DNA of 32,520 nt from NCBI GenBank assembly GCA_005777205.1, contig SXNB01000259.1, positions 1 to 32,520 of the forward strand, in the 5' to 3' direction. Positions 31,097 to 32,520 of this stretch are shown piece after piece. The position numbers were made by a program, and so were the translations under genes. The notes beneath the pieces are model-generated. The model had not been told where the DNA came from. It saw only the letters and a program-made list of their open reading frames with translations, and ran no database searches. The stretch comes from Burkholderiales bacterium. Its GTDB lineage: Bacteria > Pseudomonadota > Gammaproteobacteria > Burkholderiales > SG8-39. The first letter of the stretch is position 1. Every line of letters begins with the position of its first letter.

Positions 31097-31435
31097 ATGA
31101 AACGACCCAGTGTTTATCCCTACAAAATCACCGAGCCGCCGGGCGCTAACGTCTATCGCCTGCGCAACGACAAGCAGTGGAGCCAGCGCGAACTGGCCGA
31201 CCGCTGCCAGTGCGACTGGACCTCCATCTCGCGCCTGGAGAACAACCAGAGCTGGTCGCGTGACTTGCTGGAGCGCATCGCAAAAACGTTTGGAATCAAC
31301 GTCAGCGACCTGTTTACCCCACCGGAGCTGGCGCAGATTTACACGCTGTCCGAGCCACGCCGGAATGCGATCCTGTCCATGCTGGCAGACGCCGTAGCCG
31401 CGCAAAAAGCCGAAGACCAGGCCGCCAAGCGCTAG
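31097..31435 (+). CDS. XRE-family HTH repressor (CI-like, 112 aa, with an alternative start at 31073)
   Basis: VYRLRNDKQWSQRELADRCQCDWTSISRLENNQSWSRDLLERIAKTFGINVSDLF is a canonical HTH_XRE (HTH_3) signature. The track start at 30914 is an upstream extension across the divergent gene. Confidence 0.8.
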   Translation: MKRPSVYPYKITEPPGANVYRLRNDKQWSQRELADRCQCDWTSISRLENNQSWSRDLLERIAKTFGINVSDLFTPPELAQIYTLSEPRRNAILSMLADAVAAQKAEDQAAKR

Positions 31436-31465
31436 GCCCGGCCGCTCCTCTTCACTCACCCCGAA

Positions 31466-31504
31466 GCCGCTGAAAATCCCCTGAAAGAACCGGGATTTAG
31501 CGGC
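31466..31504 (+). terminator. Strong hairpin downstream of the repressor gene. Terminator-like, but without a U-tract.
   Basis: GCCGCTGAAAATCCC [11-nt loop] GGGATTTAGCGGC pairs 13 bp with one bulge. Confidence 0.4.
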
Positions 31505-31517
31505 AAGCGACCTTAGT

Positions 31518-31534
31518 GTTGTAATCATTGCAAC
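31518..31534. promoter_or_regulatory. Operator palindrome GTTG-N9-CAAC, distal site
   Basis: tAGTGTTGtaatcattgCAACgct lies 13 bp upstream of the -35 element. Confidence 0.5.
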
Positions 31535-31546
31535 GCTCACCCCGGC

Positions 31547-31575
31547 TTGACGTCCCTGAAATCCTTTCATAGTGT
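31547..31575 (+). promoter_or_regulatory. Sigma70-type early promoter for the rightward operon
   Basis: TTGACG (31547-31552), a 17-bp spacer, then TAGTGT (31570-31575). The downstream gene starts at 31613. Confidence 0.5.
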
Positions 31576-31590
31576 TGAATCAGTTTCAAC
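31574..31590. promoter_or_regulatory. Operator palindrome GTTG-N9-CAAC overlapping the -10 element
   Basis: tAGTGTTGaatcagtttCAACaca, with perfect 8-bp arms GTGTTGAA/TTCAACAC. Confidence 0.55.
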
Positions 31591-31612
31591 ACAAAGGACA
31601 GGGAGAGTTGAG

Positions 31613-31873
31613 GTGAATACAAGCATCCGCACGCTCAAGCTGGGGAGCACCGAGACGCTCAGCTGGGATCAACTGATCTCCGCCGAAGTCGATCGCATCG
31701 ACGAAACGCCGATGCTGCGCCTGAAGGTCAGTGGCAAGCAGACAACTGAAAGCGCGGCCGCCGCGCTCGGCGAAGTCATCCACCTTGCCGGCTGGACCTT
31801 CCATACCCTCAACGTGCTCCGCGATGCGCAGGGCCGTATCGAAGCGGTCACCGTCCAGGCGACCCGGCCATGA
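31613..31873 (+). CDS. Hypothetical early protein (86 aa)
   Basis: The GTG at 31613 has GGGAGAG 5-6 nt upstream. The track's upstream start at 31547 lies inside the promoter. Confidence 0.6.
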   Translation: MNTSIRTLKLGSTETLSWDQLISAEVDRIDETPMLRLKVSGKQTTESAAAALGEVIHLAGWTFHTLNVLRDAQGRIEAVTVQATRP

Positions 31874-32109
31874 CCGGCCAGATCACGGACGGCGCCCAGG
31901 CCGCCCTTACCTTCCTGGAATCCATCGCCGGGGTCGATCACGACCTGACCTGGTGGGTGGAATTCCTCGCCGCGATCTCGGGCAGCGTCGCCATCGGCGC
32001 CGGCCCCGGCTACCTCCCGCGCGTGTTGCGCGAGCTGGCCGCCGACATCGAAGCCATCGAGACGGAAGGCGCACCCCACCAAGCGCTGACGCGAGGCCGG
32101 CTCCAGTGA
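31870..32109 (+). CDS. Hypothetical early protein (79 aa)
   Basis: ATGA overlap with the upstream stop. Confidence 0.6.
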   Translation: MTGQITDGAQAALTFLESIAGVDHDLTWWVEFLAAISGSVAIGAGPGYLPRVLRELAADIEAIETEGAPHQALTRGRLQ

Positions 32110-32327
32110 CCCGCCCCACCTACATCGGCGGCCTCGTCGTGGACACCGACAGCCAATTCATCGCAGCGCACGTCGCGACCAAGGCCCACACGCCTTACGG
32201 CGCGCGAGGCGTCGTTGCCGTCGGCGGCCAGCTGGTCCGCTGGGCCACCGTCCACGAGTTCAACAAGCAAGGCGGGTTCACGCCGCCATCCATTTCGCCT
32301 GAAAAACGGAGTTCCACCCATGTCTAA
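32106..32327 (+). CDS. Hypothetical early protein (73 aa)
   Basis: The GTG at 32106 forms a GTGA overlap with the upstream stop. It is in frame with the 31731..32327 track ORF, whose upstream part is a shadow. Confidence 0.5.
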   Translation: MTRPTYIGGLVVDTDSQFIAAHVATKAHTPYGARGVVAVGGQLVRWATVHEFNKQGGFTPPSISPEKRSSTHV

Positions 32328-32520
32328 AGCCAAGCCCGCTCCAGCCCCGGAGACGATGTCGCGCATCCCGCTGCACCTGATCGCGCCCGATCCCAAGCAG
32401 GACCGCAAGCACTTCGACGAGGAGGAGATGGCCAACCTCGCCGACTCCATCCGCGAGCAGGGCGTCATCCAGCCCATCCTGGTTCGCCCCTCGTCGCCGG
32501 GCCGCTTCGAGATCATCGCC
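32320..32520 (+). CDS. ParB-like N-terminal (ParB/Srx nuclease-fold) domain protein, partial, running off the window end
   Basis: My hand translation from the ATG at 32320 gives MSKAKPAPAPETMSRIPLHLIAPDPKQDRKHFDEEEMANLADSIREQGVIQPILVRPSSPGRFEIIA. This matches the ParB box pattern (I.L..I.P...Q.RK.FDEE.L.EL..SI...GV.QPI.VR.....YEIIAG). Confidence 0.8.
   Translation, partial: MSKAKPAPAPETMSRIPLHLIAPDPKQDRKHFDEEEMANLADSIREQGVIQPILVRPSSPGRFEIIA

Larger units (their letters stand above)
30..32520. mobile_element. Integrated temperate phage (prophage). One end lies at the tRNA-Asn fragment and the other end is beyond the window.
   Basis: The window holds contiguous packaging, head, tail, lysis, replication and immunity modules. 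A tRNA 3' fragment abuts the first phage-like bases. Confidence 0.85.

Noticed and set aside
30914-31570. The long form of the repressor ORF (start 30914) and the antisense ORF 31052..31570
   Set aside because: The upstream extension runs through the divergent Cro-like gene and the operator half-sites. The HTH domain begins after the ATG at 31097 (or 31073). The antisense ORF lies opposite a canonical XRE HTH gene.
1-32520. An integrase or excisionase near the att fragment, and rRNA or intact tRNA genes
   Set aside because: No ORF in the window has tyrosine- or serine-recombinase hallmarks. The integrase is presumably at the other prophage end, outside the window. No intact cloverleaf or rRNA-like sequence was seen.

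Overview
This high-GC window (mid-60s % by eye) is almost entirely one integrated temperate phage. It looks short-tailed, since I see no tape-measure, tube or sheath genes. Bases 1-29 are a truncated 3' piece of tRNA-Asn(GUU), which I read as the att boundary. Next come a lower-GC membrane-protein moron and a BRO-N antirepressor on the plus strand.

A roughly 29-kb run of co-directional minus-strand genes follows, read here from high to low coordinates:
- a Cro-like regulator and an AEP primase fused to a DUF927-type helicase, ending in an intrinsic terminator
- a dense, helically phased GTCCCG repeat array with an AT-rich tract
- a putative small terminase, a 57-aa coupled ORF, the large terminase, the portal and a 99-aa ORF
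- a mosaic tail spike with a C-terminal SGNH esterase
- a lysis cassette: SAR endolysin, two small TM proteins, a degenerate lysozyme-like ORF, and an embedded Rz/Rz1 spanin pair
- three small ORFs, the scaffold and the major capsid protein
- about ten tail or virion genes chained by ATGA/GTGA/TGATG overlaps
- three terminal ejection-type proteins, the last an 1847-aa polyvalent protein with an intact RadC/JAB metalloprotease motif

The right end holds a lambda-like immunity region: a lone XRE repressor flanked by two outward early operons, the rightward one preceded by GTTG-N9-CAAC operator palindromes. It continues into an early plus-strand operon ending in a partial ParB-like gene.

The most interesting items are:
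- the injected JAB-containing giant protein
- a possible HlyC/TAAT-like acyltransferase ORF inside the virion module
- the GTCCCG array, which could be cosB/pac or an origin
- the operator motif, which recurs at two sites far from the immunity region

Most long plus-strand ORFs in the track are GC-driven shadow ORFs. I saw no CRISPR array, rRNA, intact tRNA, integrase or reverse transcriptase.
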